Shown here piece after piece: positions 12,800 through 26,993 of a stretch of DNA of 64,000 nucleotides (position 1 is its first letter; the number at the start of each line of letters is the position of its first letter). The notes below the pieces were generated by a model. The model saw only the letters and a program-made list of their open reading frames with translations. It was not told the DNA's origin and made no database searches. Origin of the DNA: Bigelowiella natans CCMP2755 (Eukaryota > Protista > Cercozoa); contig ADNK01000828.1 in assembly GCA_000320545.1 (NCBI GenBank), forward strand, positions 124,001 to 188,000, read 5' to 3'. The position numbers and the translations under genes are program-made.

Positions 12800-14936
12800 C
12801 AAATGTTTCCTTTTCGGTCGCTCGATGTATTTTGAGGGGTAAGAGTGATGATGATGATGATGATGATGATGATGGGGATGATGATATTGCACCCTTTTCG
12901 TGTGTCCTGTGTGCCTTTTCCTTGCCGCCATATTTGTTGCTGCAGCGTTGTATCATTCGAGTATTATTATTACTATTATTCCGCACATATACATTCCCAT
13001 TTGAAGGTGATGATTCATGATTGAGAGTAGAGGAAATGCTCTTGGAGAAAGTAATGTGGATTACTGCTCACTGTTCAATTACCGGTGAGATCTTTGCAGT
13101 AGTAGAGTTATTGTTGTCGCGGTTAAAAGGAAGCTGGTGTTCTTCTTCTTTTTCTTCTTCTTGTTTGTGCTGTTGTTGTTGCTGTGCACGTATCTTAGCA
13201 GCTAAGTAATACCTAAACATAACATCAAGCAAGCGCTTCAAATATACAATTTTGGGATACAATAGTCATCATGCAAGCTCTTCATGTGTACATTTTTTTG
13301 TTACAAGAATAGTGCCCTGAGGTACATTCGGTTCGTATTTAGAATCAATATGAGTCATGATCGTATCATGCTGAGGTACATTCGGTTCGTATTTTGAATC
13401 AATATAAGTCATAATCGTATCATGCTGTATGTTGATTTTTATCGATGACATTTTAATAGTCGTTTCATTACCTATCATTAGAATGACTCCAAGCCCCATA
13501 AATTTTTTGATATTTCTGTTTTAAGTCCTGAATGCTGCAGCTGAGGAGGTTATCTCTCCTAGATTCAGATACCTTTTAATAATGGAGGACAAAGCGATCA
13601 TTGATTCGCAAGGCTGACGAAATAGCTGCTGCGACGAATCATAACATGATGACAACGACTGCTTTTGCTGTGCAATTACCGATTGGCCAAATATACTACA
13701 GCTGTTCTGTTGCGTTCCAACCCCTCCTCCAGTAAATCTAGTGTTGTAAGCCTTGTTACCTTGAAGAACATCACAATAAGGGTGATAGTTTGATTAGAAT
13801 ACTTGCAAATATTTAGTACACACAACGGGCCATGGATATATCTTGTGTTGTTTGACTTACCTGCTGCCTCAATGAGAGGGGAAAACTTTTGCCATCCATA
13901 GCCCGAGGTCCACATTGAATCCAAACTGAACAAAAGGCCAGTTTAGTTGTGCTAGTAGTTGTAGCACTACTACTAATAGCTGTAGTAGAAGAAGAAGAAG
14001 AAGAAGAAGAAGAAGAAGAAGAAGAGGTAGTGTAGTGACAGAATTTTGGTGTCTATTCAAAATAAATAGTAATGGCCACAAAGTAGAAACAGCATTCGGT
14101 AGTAGTCGTTGACAAGCAACCTTGTCGTATTTAGTCTCAACATGCGAGAGATTCTTCGAAGCCATGTTCGATGTTGTGTCGTCGCCTCACTTTCCAGCGA
14201 GTGAGAGGAATTAATATTCAAGCTACCAATTGGGCGTGTACTGTTGTTGCTATTTTCGTTGCTGGAATTACGCATAAGTGACAGATAATGCTTGACTACA
14301 TATCGACGATTTCTCTCCAGTCGCACAAGTTTCTCAGCATCAGAAGCTGATATTTTGTTGCCCTACAGAGTAAAGTAGAAGCAGCAATACAGGATATCAT
14401 TTGTGTGGATAATGAACGTGTCAATGCAAGCGAAGCGCGTGATGTGAAATCTTAAACTTACAGCTTCCATAGGATGCCACTTGGTTAGGTCAAAATACAG
14501 GTTCCTAACACCCCCGAAGCAGCTGCTTGTTACAGGAGAAGAGCTTCTGAGAAAAGTGTGCGACGCACGTCCATCCTGACCGGATCCATACCTCCACTTG
14601 GCTTTGTACTCGCCGAAGCGGCATAAATCTGGACCAAGAAGTAGACTGTTTTTTATTATGTTGAAAAATACGATTTAGTTTGAAGAGTGAGGAGTATTTT
14701 GAGGAACAATCGGCACCTGATATCCAACAGGAGGACAACAAGGAGCGAAAGTGGCAACCCAAACCTCCTGGCAACTCCTCCCTTCCTTCTTTGTGGCGAG
14801 AGAGTCGTTTCTTTGAGTTGGAGGTCCTTCACGTGGTCGCCATAGGCGGGACAGAGTGCGGAGTAGTCCAATATGATCAGCTATGTGTTTTGAAGGCGAC
14901 GAATGAACGCTCGTCCATGCGTCGTCTACATACCAT
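10561..14936 (-). CDS. AP2/ERF DNA-binding-domain protein, many small exons
   Basis: Four small exons at about 11540-12313 splice to SGYKGVRMPRKIPKRGPMHFEATLSYLNR / EIHLGRFLTKEDA / ARAYDRANLK / ARGRSAFTNFPATDY, matching the AP2 consensus YRGVR...LG.F...E.AARAYD.A..K.RG..A.TNFP. Outer boundaries are inferred, and the span could hold more than one gene. Confidence 0.75.
13317..13424. repeat. 54-bp tandem duplication (2 copies), in frame (18 aa) on the minus strand
   Basis: Copies at 13317-13370 and 13371-13424 differ at 3 positions; they translate as QHDTIMT[Y/H]IDSKYEPNVP twice. Confidence 0.95.
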
Positions 14937-15438
14937 TATGATGATCTCTTCTTCTCCTTATCTGAGCCCTTTGTTCGTCTGGTTCACGTTCCTCTTCTCC
15001 TTCTCCTCCCCCCCTCTGCCCTAGTATGCCACTGTGTGCGAGTGGTAAGTTTGTTAGTCCGTAAATTGTATAAATTAGTCTTTTTTACATGGGTATACTT
15101 CGTAGTTTATGTTATCTTATCAGCTAGATCATGATCATTTGTTGCGACCATATCTACATTGTAGGAAACTACTTCTTAGGATAAAATATCAACATATTTT
15201 TAACCACCTTGTTGTGTTCTGCTTCTGGATGATAAATATACGAGATCTATGCTACCATATTTTGAGATCTGTAGCGCAACACAAACAACAACAGCTAGCC
15301 AAACGCTGCAAGCAGGAGCGATCAACACACACCCGCTATTGCTATTGTAGCACACGCTCACACTTGTGCACAGTATTTGGAGCGTAAAGATTTGGTAAAC
15401 GTGCTCACTTGAGCCTAAAATATCCAACTTCACGCAAG

Positions 15439-16813
15439 ATGAAACGAAAGCACGAGGAAGAGGAAGGAGAGAGCCCGAGCGAGGAGGATCCGGAGGATAG
15501 CGAAGAGAGCGATTCAAGAAAGAAGAAGAAGAAAAAAGACCATAAGAAGAAGGTAACCATGTCTAAACAATGAATGATGAGTGCACCGTATGACTGAACT
15601 AAAATACGTGAGAGTCTGAGGACCTTCATTCACAACGATGTGCGTGTTGTCATCAGGATAAGAAAAAAAAGAAAAAGAAGGATAAGAAGAAGAAGAAGGC
15701 GAGGAAAGACGATGACGATGGCGATAAAGAAATCAAAAGATTGGTTGAGCTTGGAAAAAAGATGCGCGAGAAGTTCCCGGATTGGAAGCCGATTTCTAAA
15801 AAAGATTACTTCAACAAGAGCACTGAATTCAGAGTGTGGTTGCAGGTTTGACTTATTGCAAAAATTTAGTGTTATTGACAGAACCTTTGGACTAATTCCA
15901 ATTGTGGCAACAGGCAAGGAAAAAATTCCTTGATGACCTTCCACGCGATAAGGCGAATAAGTTGTTTGAGAAGTTCACGAGCAAATGGAACTCGGGATCT
16001 CTTCCAGACAATCTGTATGGGGGCATCAATCGGACACAATTAGAATCATCGGCTCTAACCAAACATAAATGGTCCTTTGTCAAGGTAGTTCTGTGTAAAA
16101 TTAGGATTAAATATTAAGATAAGTCACTTCTGTCTTCTTACTCTGGTCTGTTTTAGAAATTAGGAGAGAAGGAGAAGTTTGAATTAGCCAGGCTTCGCGA
16201 CGATGTCGATACAGACAATCAAAGGCAATCTTTTCAAGCCAATGCTTTGACCCGCACATGTGATATTCCGACTGGTGGTCGTGGGAAAACTGGACAAATG
16301 CGGAAGCAAGAGACTCCATATGAGCGTGAAATGAGGCGCAAGGCTGAAAAGAAAGAAAGGCGTGATTTTCAGAAACACAAAGACATGGTGAAAGTGTAAT
16401 GTCTACGGCAACTTGCACCCAATCATTTGCTTTTGTTCCCAGGTAATGGAAGAATTAGTTCCAAAAGCAACTGGACGAGAGGCTTTGATTGAAAAGCGGA
16501 AGCAAAAAGGCGCCTATGCACGTGCTGGTGCACAGAGGGATGACAGCGTGGCTGCAGTACCTGATAGTCAGCTGATGGGGTACCCACAATCCCTAGAGAT
16601 AGATACTATATCTATTTATTTAACTTACTTTTTCTCCAAAATTGTAGGGGAAGTAGTGACTTCCACGCAGCTGTTGCACGTAGAAATGCATATAGAGCCA
16701 AAAAACAGCAAGAAAAATCCCTGCGGCTGGAACAAGCCAAGCTGAATGAAAAAGCGCGCATGCAGAATTTCCTTCAGTCGATGGGACTCCAAGACAAATA
16801 TAAACTTAAGTAG
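15439..16813 (+). CDS. SCI1 (style cell-cycle inhibitor 1)-like nuclear protein
   Basis: Lys/Asp-rich N-terminus, then ISKKDYFNKSTEFRVWLQ / ARKKFLDDLPRDKANKLFEKFTSKWNSGSLPDNLYGGI...TKHKWSF, and C-terminal MEELVPKATGREALIEKRK. Family recognised from memory. Confidence 0.75.
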
Positions 16814-17029
16814 TACTCAAGTAATTTTACTGAGTTGTCATCATTGCTGAAATTGGGATGCATAGTCAATATGATGTGATATGGCGATTTATGTTTTGTG
16901 TCGTATTATATCATAAACATTGTATCTATCTGATATCGGCATACATCATAGTCGATGCAGCATTTGCTGTAGCTACATATATGTGTAACTAAATGTACAC
17001 ACAGTATACGTGTCTGTTGTTGTACGTCG

Positions 17030-17850
17030 TATGCTAGTATGCATCGCACTTTGCGCATGCACAACCAATGTGGCACACAAAATATATGAAAATATGTGCA
17101 TCACCATTATTTAAATTGCATCAACTAGAAAATTCGGCGGCTGGTGACGACAGCTGTACTGTGATAATTTTTAGTTAACCAGAGACTATGTCCCTGCTAT
17201 TATGAGACGATGTCATGTACGTTGTTAATAACTACGTTATTTCACATGCACGCTCAAGCTAGATAGCTATGTCTCTCTAGCTCTGACTATACTAGTACAT
17301 GTACAGCGTAGTTCTATTTTTTCACATTGAGCGCCATACTAGCAACAATACGTGCATGAGCAGAACATGCTAGCATGATGAACCTGACAATCGTACAGTT
17401 TGCAACGCAACGCAATGAACTAGTGAAGTTCGCATCGGCTAGCCCTGTAGAGTCATCCAGCTGATGATCGACACTAGCTAGACTACAACAGGACAGACGA
17501 GAGACGTGATGATTTTGTCAGATGCATCATTTCAATTGGAAAAATTCAAACATTTCATCACGCATGCATCTTTATCTGTCTCATCATTTTATAATTTCAC
17601 ATTGGGTTTGCATGCCCACCTCTACTACGATGTACCAGTCTGCACCAGACCTGCTACACACGTACTGGCGGCAAACAAGTAGTAGATCTAGAGCTGCTAG
17701 CTTATGCGATGTGTCTAGATCACACATACGCAATGATAGCAGCCAGCGAGAAAGGGTGTGCATTGTTAGACTGCTAGCTAGCTAGGTAGATATATACACG
17801 ACGATGTACGGAATATCTCATAGATATGCTTCTGCTACCTGGCTAGCTGG
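17030..17850. other. CTAG-rich convergent spacer (SCI1-like / atpG)
   Basis: About 18 CTAG in about 820 bp. Confidence 0.85.
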
Positions 17851-18075
17851 TGTTTGTTACACAAATCCTATGCGCGTGATAGCATAGCGCATGCAGCAAA
17901 AACTACTCACATTTAACCCACAGCGTCGATACAACCGTGCATACTAACTGTAAGAATTATCTAACGTGTTATGCCACTGGATTTAAATTATTCATCATAA
18001 AGACACAGCTTCATGATTATCCCTAACCCTCAGACACGAAATGTCGGACGTGGCGCGGAAGTCACACTCTTGAAT

Positions 18076-19033
18076 TTAAGCAGCGACTTTGAAAAGCTTG
18101 TCGTCCATTGCCTTAATGTCTTTCATTTCAGAGTCATCCAACACCTTAGCCATAATTTCCCAGCAGAAGCCTTCAACTTCCTGTGCCATGCTCTCAAGTA
18201 CAACAGTGCGGTCCTTCTCAATTCCACTAAGGGCAGCTTCAATCTCCTTGTTAACCTTATCCTTGCTAGCAGCCATAGCAGCTTCGCATTCTGCGTTCAG
18301 AGCGGCAAGCTTTTCGTTTCTCTCACTGTTGATAGTTGCGCGCATATTGTTGATAGATTTTTCAGCGAAGGAAATAATCTGATCGCACTCCTCTAAGTTG
18401 CCACTCGCAGACTCGAGGTTAGCCTTCAAGATACCGTTACGCTGATCAATAACTTTGCTGAGAGGTCCAAACCAGAGCTTATCAAGGAAAAAACTCAAGA
18501 GTACGATCTCGGTTGCCATGTACGGCAAGGTAAGATCGAAATCGAAGAGCAATCCACCCGCAGCGAGAGCAGGGAAAGTGTTTGCAAGGTTGCAAACACC
18601 CACAGTAGCAGCAGTGGCCAGTGGAGCCCCAACGCGAAGACGGATTTTGTTAGGCGCAAGGTCAACTAAATATAAAATTTGTTAGTACAATTTCATCACA
18701 GAAATTCTCAAGAAATTCCACAGTACCTGGACGAGGGCGGACAGCAATTTGCTTTTCGTTGGAGTGTGCAAAGGCAGAAACGGATCGAGATGAAGGTGCA
18801 ATTCTCATATTTACAGGAGCAGCCATCCTTGATCGCGAGACGATACCGGTGCTAACATTACCTATCGAATTTTTAAAATTGTTCATCACCCAACCCCATG
18901 AATTTATTTACACTTAACAGTAATCGACTTTCTTTTCAAATCTACCTTGAGTGTTTACACTGAAGAGGACAAGGCCCACAAGGACACAAGCCAGTACTAC
19001 GTTAAGAACGGCAGAGGCGTGGACGGCCTTCAT
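18076..19033 (-). CDS. atpG: Plastid ATP synthase CF0 subunit b' (II) precursor, 3 exons
   Basis: Mature region GGLLFDFDLTLPYMATEIVLLSFFLDKLWFGPLSKVIDQRNGILK. Exon 1 (19033-18946) encodes the signal peptide MKAVHASAVLNVVLACVLVGLVLF. Exon 2 is a Ser/Arg-rich transit peptide. Exon 3 starts with a thylakoid signal ending PALA. Confidence 0.95.
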
Positions 19034-19743
19034 TGCTACTAGGGTTTTAAAAGAGTTCAGACGTAAGTAAATCATATTTCGAACGAGAAATATTTAGCTT
19101 CAATATGTCCGTCAGCAAGTACGTATGTCGCAAAGGAAAATTATATTCTATTTTGTAATTCTTATATCTCAATTATAAATTCTCTGGTTCTGAACTTGCT
19201 GCGTCGTTCAGTTGAAAAGGGGGTCGAATAATAATAGCAACGACAATGAAATATCATTACCGCAAGGAGAATTACCATTATGATATTGAATGAATGTTGA
19301 TAATCGCAGGGATTGACGGAGACATAGTGGGTGCCCGCGCTTGGTACGTGCTAAATTCTCCTCTGGCTCTTAGGTGTACCGACCGCTTCTAACCGTGGAT
19401 TCCCGATAATAACGAGTGCAAATATTCGCTCAAATCCTCCGGTAGAATCGGGGATACATCAATATGGTCATAAATCCATAAGATTTTTACTCTTGCTTGC
19501 CAAATCTAAGCACCAGAAAATGAAATTAGCTATCTTGGAGGAGTTACGTGGTGACCACGTAGAACACAAAGCTCATTGCCGAGAAAGAAAGACCCGCTCC
19601 ATCTGGATTCCGAGTATTTTCGGTAGCCAACTCATACTGATCGAAATAGGATATGAAGATCGATGTTTACGTATTCATTATTGCTGTTCACATACTTCTC
19701 AGGGTTGTTGTAAGTGTTGTTGCAGGCGCATCTCATAAAAAGA

Positions 19744-20707
19744 ATGGACGTCAATCTTGAACCTTCGTTCTTCTCTCGCAACACTGGCTTTGATGACGAG
19801 GAAGATGAGAAGAATGCAAAAGATTCAGAGTGCCCAAAACCAACTGTTATTTTCACTGTACGATACTCGCGAATTCTTTTTCATTTTATGAATGTAATCT
19901 GACAATATGTGTACTACGCAGTGGTGTCCATCAGTCAAAGCAAATCTGAAGAACGGATTGTTCAATACCGAGCTTCTTGTGATCGGCTGTAATGATATGT
20001 GCTCGTTAGCTCTTCGACGTGCTGTAGAATGTGGGGAAAATAAGATGGACTTGCTAGGAAGTTTAGTGATGGAGGAAACTCCTATTAGGACTATGAGCGC
20101 AGCGAATCCCACTATTGCTCAGCAAACCTGTATGTTTTACTACCTACCAAGTTCCAAACTTACAATAGCTATGGTGGGGGGAGGTTTACCTGCATCAAGT
20201 GCGTTCAACGTTACGGAGACCATATTTAAGCATTTCGATTGTAAAAATGTTGTCCTCTTGGACACGACGATGACTGCAGCAGCAGAAGCTGATGAAGAGA
20301 AACTGTCATCCCTGGCATGCATAGAGACTAGTGAAGCGTCCTCAAGCAAAGGGCTGGAGATTATAGATAGTAAATATTTATCACCACCATCCATGATTCG
20401 TGGCCTCGGAGCTGCTCTCATGATCCATTGTGAGATAAAGAGTATTCCAGCAAGGCTATACACTGCTTTTGAGGATATGCATAGGACCCTAGACACATGT
20501 CTTGTCTTTGATAGATTACTATCGAGCTCATCCATTGCACTAATTCCCAAAAACGTATTGTCGATGGAACTCTCAAATAAAAGATTAGAAATCAAAGATG
20601 TTGCTGAAAAAGCAGGCCTTGACTGGGAAAGTCCTCTACAGGCACAGCAGCTAGTATATGCGGAAGGGGGAACTAATGTACCACCTCCCGATGGGATTTA
20701 CATTTGA
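19744..20707 (+). CDS. PSMG1: Proteasome assembly chaperone 1 (PAC1), 2 exons
   Basis: Acidic N-terminus (SRNTGFDDEEDE), motif YLSPPSMIRGLGAALMIHCEIKSIPARLY, and a C-terminal HbYX motif (-GIYI). Phase-0 intron at about 19858-19921. Confidence 0.8.
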
Positions 20708-20859
20708 AAACTTTTAACAAAAATTGTTATTAAAAGAAGGTTTGGTGCGTCACAAATGTACGTACATGCATACTTGCATGCTGCTACAACAATGTGAGCG
20801 CGGCCATGTTAGGCCGCTGCTCGATCAATAATGTCATCTCCCAATATGCATATAGGGCT

Positions 20860-21290
20860 CTGGGATCTAGTCATGCGAAGTGGTTCGCTGGAATGTATTA
20901 CAATTGCATCAACTAAAATGCTACTTGCATTAGGGCTTGAATAAGAGCACTCGGAACTACTCTGTGCATACATACATATACACTAGATAGCTACATTAGG
21001 ATGTTAAACATTTCATTACATCCGTCTCACACTAGATGTACTACTAGTAAACTATATCTGACGATGGTAGTGGCCATTATTATAATTAGCATGTTGCGTT
21101 CATGCCTATGCTTCTAGTTATACGCTTCCCACGCGCGATGCGTACGCTACATATACCAAGCACACATATCTAGATATATTTATATGTATGTCAACATCGT
21201 GTGTTCTGTGTATCTATGTATGCATCTGTTGGTAGCTAGATGATAATGGGTACATCGTGATCCAGTATTCGTATCGTCTAGCTAAGAATG
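20860..21290. other. CTAG-rich convergent spacer (PSMG1 / C2CD5)
   Basis: About 8 CTAG in about 430 bp, plus many alternating purine-pyrimidine words. Confidence 0.7.
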
Positions 21291-21552
21291 ACACGCGATT
21301 GGATAATATTCTAAATACACATTGTGTAGATGTAAAGGTCTGTATGCACCACAATTGTGGGCATGTAATGAGCCAGTGATTCACGTCACATGCACATTCA
21401 GATACAAGCATCGTAAGGGCTGTGACGTTTTCTGTCAGGCGTGGTCTGGGGACTATCATTACTATTGCTGGCATTTTGTTATTCCGATGATCAACGGAAT
21501 CATGTGTATCGTGCATTTACATGTAGCAGCTTGAATCGAGAAAGTTTGGGAG

Positions 21553-22483
21553 TCAGCAAAAGCCAGGGTGTGCCCGAGGAGGAGCAAGCTGTACAGCATC
21601 CCCGCTCAGGCTCATTATACTATAGCTCTGCCGTGTGCTTTCTTGGTCAACCTTAGGTGGGATTTTATTATAATCATCATTTCTCAAAGGTTTGACAGAG
21701 CGTAGTATGACATCAATGCATGTAATGAAATCGCTACTTAAATACTATTAACAATGACATTTATGATTAGATATTACCTGATATTCAAGAAGTGTATAAG
21801 AAAGTAGCGCATTGCCGCCCTTAGCAAACACTTGAGCTCTCGCTGTAAATAAACCACGTAGGCACAACTCGTCGAGAACCATTTAGTACAGATTCATCAA
21901 AATAATTGTTTAATTCAGCGCCAATTGAAATTGCATGGGGGATCAACAGTTAGTCTATCATTCATTGGCCATCATCCACTCTGTACATGCAACAACCACA
22001 ACTACTTCTGGTACTGCTACTACTTAACATACCTATTGAGTTAATTTGAGCAAGGAGTTCGTGCGTAAACTTGGCAAGCGTACTGATTATTGGTTGGGGG
22101 TTGTGCGGACGATGAACGACTTTGATGGCGATGAAAGATTTATTTTGAAGAATAGGAAATATAAGACTAATTTGCATGGTAGAGACAACTGCCAGGCATG
22201 TATAATAAATGAGCACGTTGATTCGGTGCTAGGACACACATTCGTCGTTACTACCCTCTTTTCTCCTCAAACGATTCACGTATTATATGAACAGATATTC
22301 TTCCAAGATGTTTCGATATTGACCGACACGGAAGCCTAAACAGAAATGACCAGGATTTGAAAAAAAATCGAGTATTAATTATTTTTTAACTATTACTCTA
22401 CAATTCATATTGCTAGCAGCCTGTTTCGAGATAGTCGTTTTTTTCATCATTCCAACCCTTCCTCTTCCTCTACACTATAAATA

Positions 22484-22545
<62 letters not shown>

Positions 22546-23748
22546 AAGCACCACCTTTCCAGCGTTGATAGCTGAACGTGGCCAAACACACTATTGAAAG
22601 ACCGCTGCCGATGGTGTGCAAGCTGGTGGTGTTCCCTATTATGACTGATGACACTCCGTAAGCTGCTGCTGCTGTCGCGTGGGAAATCCTGCAGTAGTAC
22701 ACATTGTTACATAGTAGTAGCAAAGAATACACCAAACAAACATAAATATGCAGCAGTTTATGATGATGATGATGCTTAGTGGGTGATGAAAATAGACCGC
22801 ATCAGTATGATCATCATCATCATCACCAACACCGAGGAGGAGGAGGAGCACACATAGCTGCGTAACACGTATTGTACTCCACTACCAACACGAAGACAAA
22901 CGATACGCGCACGACCTTGTGAAACGATGATGCTGCTACTGCTTGTTGTTGACTATTCGTATGTGCTAGTGGTGCTGCTCCTCCTGCATTACTCATATTA
23001 CTAGCAGTTGTTGCAAGACGTCCTATCTGCTGAATGAATCCTTGTTATTGTGACGACGACGATGACGACAAAGTAAGAAGAAAAGAAGAAGAAGAAGAAG
23101 AAGAAGAAGAAGAGAGAGAGAGAGAGAGAGAGAGATAAAGAGAGAGATCGACAAAGCAGGGGAGGAGGAAGAGGATGAGAACAAGGGATTGGAATTCTAC
23201 AACGAGAAGAGATGATTCGTTCCGATGAGATGCCGTTGTTGTAAATGACCCACCCCAGTACCTACAATAGTCATTTCACCCTCCTCCTCCTCCTCCTCCT
23301 CCTCCTCCTCCTCTTTTCTTGTCTTTCACATCATGTCATTCCTCCTCCTCATCCTTGTTGTGTGTCAAGCATCAATATTTACCTTTAAAAGGTGGGATCA
23401 GCCATTCTCCATAGGGTCTCTCGTGGGAGGCTGGTGCTGGCCTCCTGTTACTACTGCCACCTAAGTCATCTGTGGGTAGTCCTGGTGATGATGTTGGTGT
23501 TGATGCTGTTGGTAGGGTAGCACTTTGGCGAAATCCCTTCACATCATCCTCATCATCATCTTCATTATCACCCATGTTTCTTCTTATCCTTCTTCTTCGT
23601 TGGCGTTGTGCGTTGTTACCAACAGCAGCAGCAGTAGGAGGGAGGAGGGCCACAGCCATCATCACTATCTCGATCTCATTCTCGTCAGGAATGTTTAGCT
23701 GCAGCACGTATATGCGTAGTACACTCGCTCACATCGATCAGTCAATGC

Positions 23749-23783
<35 letters not shown>

Positions 23784-23840
23784 CATATCTGTAAAATTCA
23801 TTTTTACATCATATTGTGGAGTTAGTTCATCGCAAAAATG

Positions 23841-23896
<56 letters not shown>

Positions 23897-24064
23897 GACG
23901 AATGAATATGCTACACGTATTGTTATCATCCAGCACCTGTGACTGAATGTTGCAAGCTATCCCACGCGATTTGAACAATAAAGACGCATATCTGAGCAAT
24001 TTGAATAGCAATGACGACGGTATTGATGATAGTGATGATGGTAATGATGATGATGATGATGGTA

Positions 24065-24097
<33 letters not shown>

Positions 24098-24406
24098 CAG
24101 CATTTTGACTGATGAATGATGGCGGTTGATGATAAGATGATAATCATGATCATAACATCAGCAAACGGTCTATCACGATAACACAGCAGAGGATTTAGTC
24201 CTACCACTTCTACTACTACTACTACTACTACTACTACTGCTACTACTGCTACTATAACTAGTGCTAAAACTAACAGAATCATTACAGGTCTTGGAAGATA
24301 GAGGCCAATTTCTGATTTAACTTATGAGATGGAACATCTATATATCATATAATACTCTTTCAATATTACTCAATCCCCACATTGTTACCAAGTACTCTTT
24401 CTCTTT

Positions 24407-24448
<42 letters not shown>

Positions 24449-25122
24449 TTCTAAGATGTTCATTCCATCATCATCACCAATGCGCCTATATGTACAAAGC
24501 AACCACTGACGATACTACTACTAGCAGTACCTCTCCATCTGAATCGTCTCACAAAAGTCAATAGCCTCGAAGTGACACCAGGCAATGATGATGACGATGA
24601 AGAACCGATGTTAACTACTACATTCGATGAGAATGGCGCGATGACCGACGACGACCTAAGAAGAGGTGTAAATAGAATAACAACATCCAACACAATTTAG
24701 CAGTCCAATCTATTTGATTGCGCGTACGTGAAAAGAAGCAAAGAAACAGCGAAAGAAGAGTAGTGACGCGATGTTGTTGATTGCTGTAATACATAGCTAC
24801 TATTATTATAATAATTATTATTGTTATTATTATTATCACTATTATTTGTTATTACTTATTTGATTATGACTTACCTACTACCGCTACTACTGCCAAACTC
24901 ATCGAGAGATAGGGGCATGTTCAGAAATCCTTGCATCCGAGGCTCTAACAACACCTATGATATATATTTATATATGTGGTTTTATACTACCATCTTCCAT
25001 TCCTTATACGCAGTAGTAATATCGATGAATGGATGATGATGACGATGATAATGATGATGATGATGGTGGTGGTGATGATGATGATTTTTATGCACGTAAA
25101 GATAAATACAATTTTGTAGGGG

Positions 25123-25164
<42 letters not shown>

Positions 25165-25597
25165 AATGAAATTGATGTACAAGGGATGCAGCATCATGCT
25201 GCTGCTTCATAAGCGATTTAGTGATGAATACTACTGCATTTATATGAAAATGGATGATAATAATAATGATGATAAGAATAGCAATTGCTAATCACAGCAG
25301 TAGATCACTTGCAAAAACAGCAGCAGCAGCAGCAGCAGCTACTGACCGCCATAATATCCTCATCGGCTTCGTCATCGACATGTAGCACAAACTTCCGCTA
25401 TTATTGGTTGCACACATCATTCATCCATTCATTTATTTATTTCCCACCAAAAATAAACATATTGTGTGTCAAGTTACTCACCCACTATGATGAGATCGGA
25501 AGAAGAGGAGGATTAAACTTGTTACCATTAATATCATTTATTCCCTCCTCCTCCTCCTCCTCCTCCTCCCCCCCTTCCTCCCCGGTTCTCCTCGATC

Positions 25598-25629
<32 letters not shown>

Positions 25630-26816
25630 GCTGTACCCGTCCATCCTCCTCTTCATCACTGTCTGAAGATGAGCTCGAGCTTTCCTCTCCTCCTCCTCCT
25701 CCTCCTCCTCCTCCTCCTCCTCCTACCTCAATTCCCCCTCCAGTAATAGCAGCATTGTCTAGATGATGATGGTGGTGGTGGTGATGGTGATGGTGATGCT
25801 GCTTGGAAGGAGATGGAACTCGTAGCAAGCCTGGAGGATGCTGCTGATGATGCTGATGATGATGCTGCTGCGGCGAGGGGCTTGGAATAGTTGTGCTACT
25901 GGCTGTACCTGCCCCACCAACAGCAGTACCGGAAGGCGAAACGGAGATATTCTGTTTATTAAAAAGAAGATGATGATAGGAAGAGGCAGCACTGTCTGTC
26001 ACTATGTAGTAGAAATATATTTTGTGCGAACTACGGGTAATATGCGACGAATACTACTTTGTTATCAGTAGCAGCATGCTGATGATGAGGAGGAGTTACT
26101 GCTACTGGAGAAGAAGGCGAATATGCAGAAGTCATCATCCCCTTTGTCGTCGTTGTCGTAGTCCTCTTCTTCTTAGGAGTTGAATGAGTCTGTTGTAGAG
26201 GGGGGGGGTGCTGAAGCATTCCTCCGTCCATAGCAGTAGTAAGAGTAGTAGTTGGAGCAGATGAGTATCTAAGGGGGATGATCAAGTCCGCGCCGCACAA
26301 CAACAGCAACAACAACAACAACAATAGTGCAAACACACACATAAAATCGTGTCAGCACAACGAGGAGAGAGTATGTTCATTATGATAATCATCATCACCA
26401 AACCACAGGAAGATGACGTTATCTCATCACGTAATTTGGAAAGATGAGTTGTCGCTCGATAATTAGAATAATAATAATGATGATGATGATAATTGTGGCA
26501 TTTGCTGTATGCTGCTGTACCATAGACAAAACAACAACCTATACATTTGAGGGGGTTCCAATAACATTTTGAGAGATTGCAGCCTCTTCTGCCAATACCT
26601 TTCCAAACAATAAGAATAAGAAAAAGAATAAGAATAATATCACTCTGAGTAGGAATTGGTGTGCTGCTCAAAGATGATGATAGGAGGAGGATGGGCATCA
26701 CACAGGTGATGGTGACTACTCATAATTCTGGGAGGCAGCCCTCATAATCTTCTTCTGCAGCGCAAATAACCTATTATTATCAGTAAGCAGCAGTGAACCA
26801 GGAAGCAGAGATTAAG

Positions 26817-26849
<33 letters not shown>

Positions 26850-26961
26850 TGGCATGCGGTAGTAGCATGAGCACAAACAAACTACGAGTCGAAGAACTTG
26901 TTTTTCAGCTACTACTACTACTTAACCAACAAATCAACAATAACACACACACTACATTGTG

Positions 26962-26993
<32 letters not shown>

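Noticed and set aside
18013-20595. ORFs 18013-18396, 18089-18382 and 20140-20595
   Set aside because: Antisense shadows of atpG and PSMG1.
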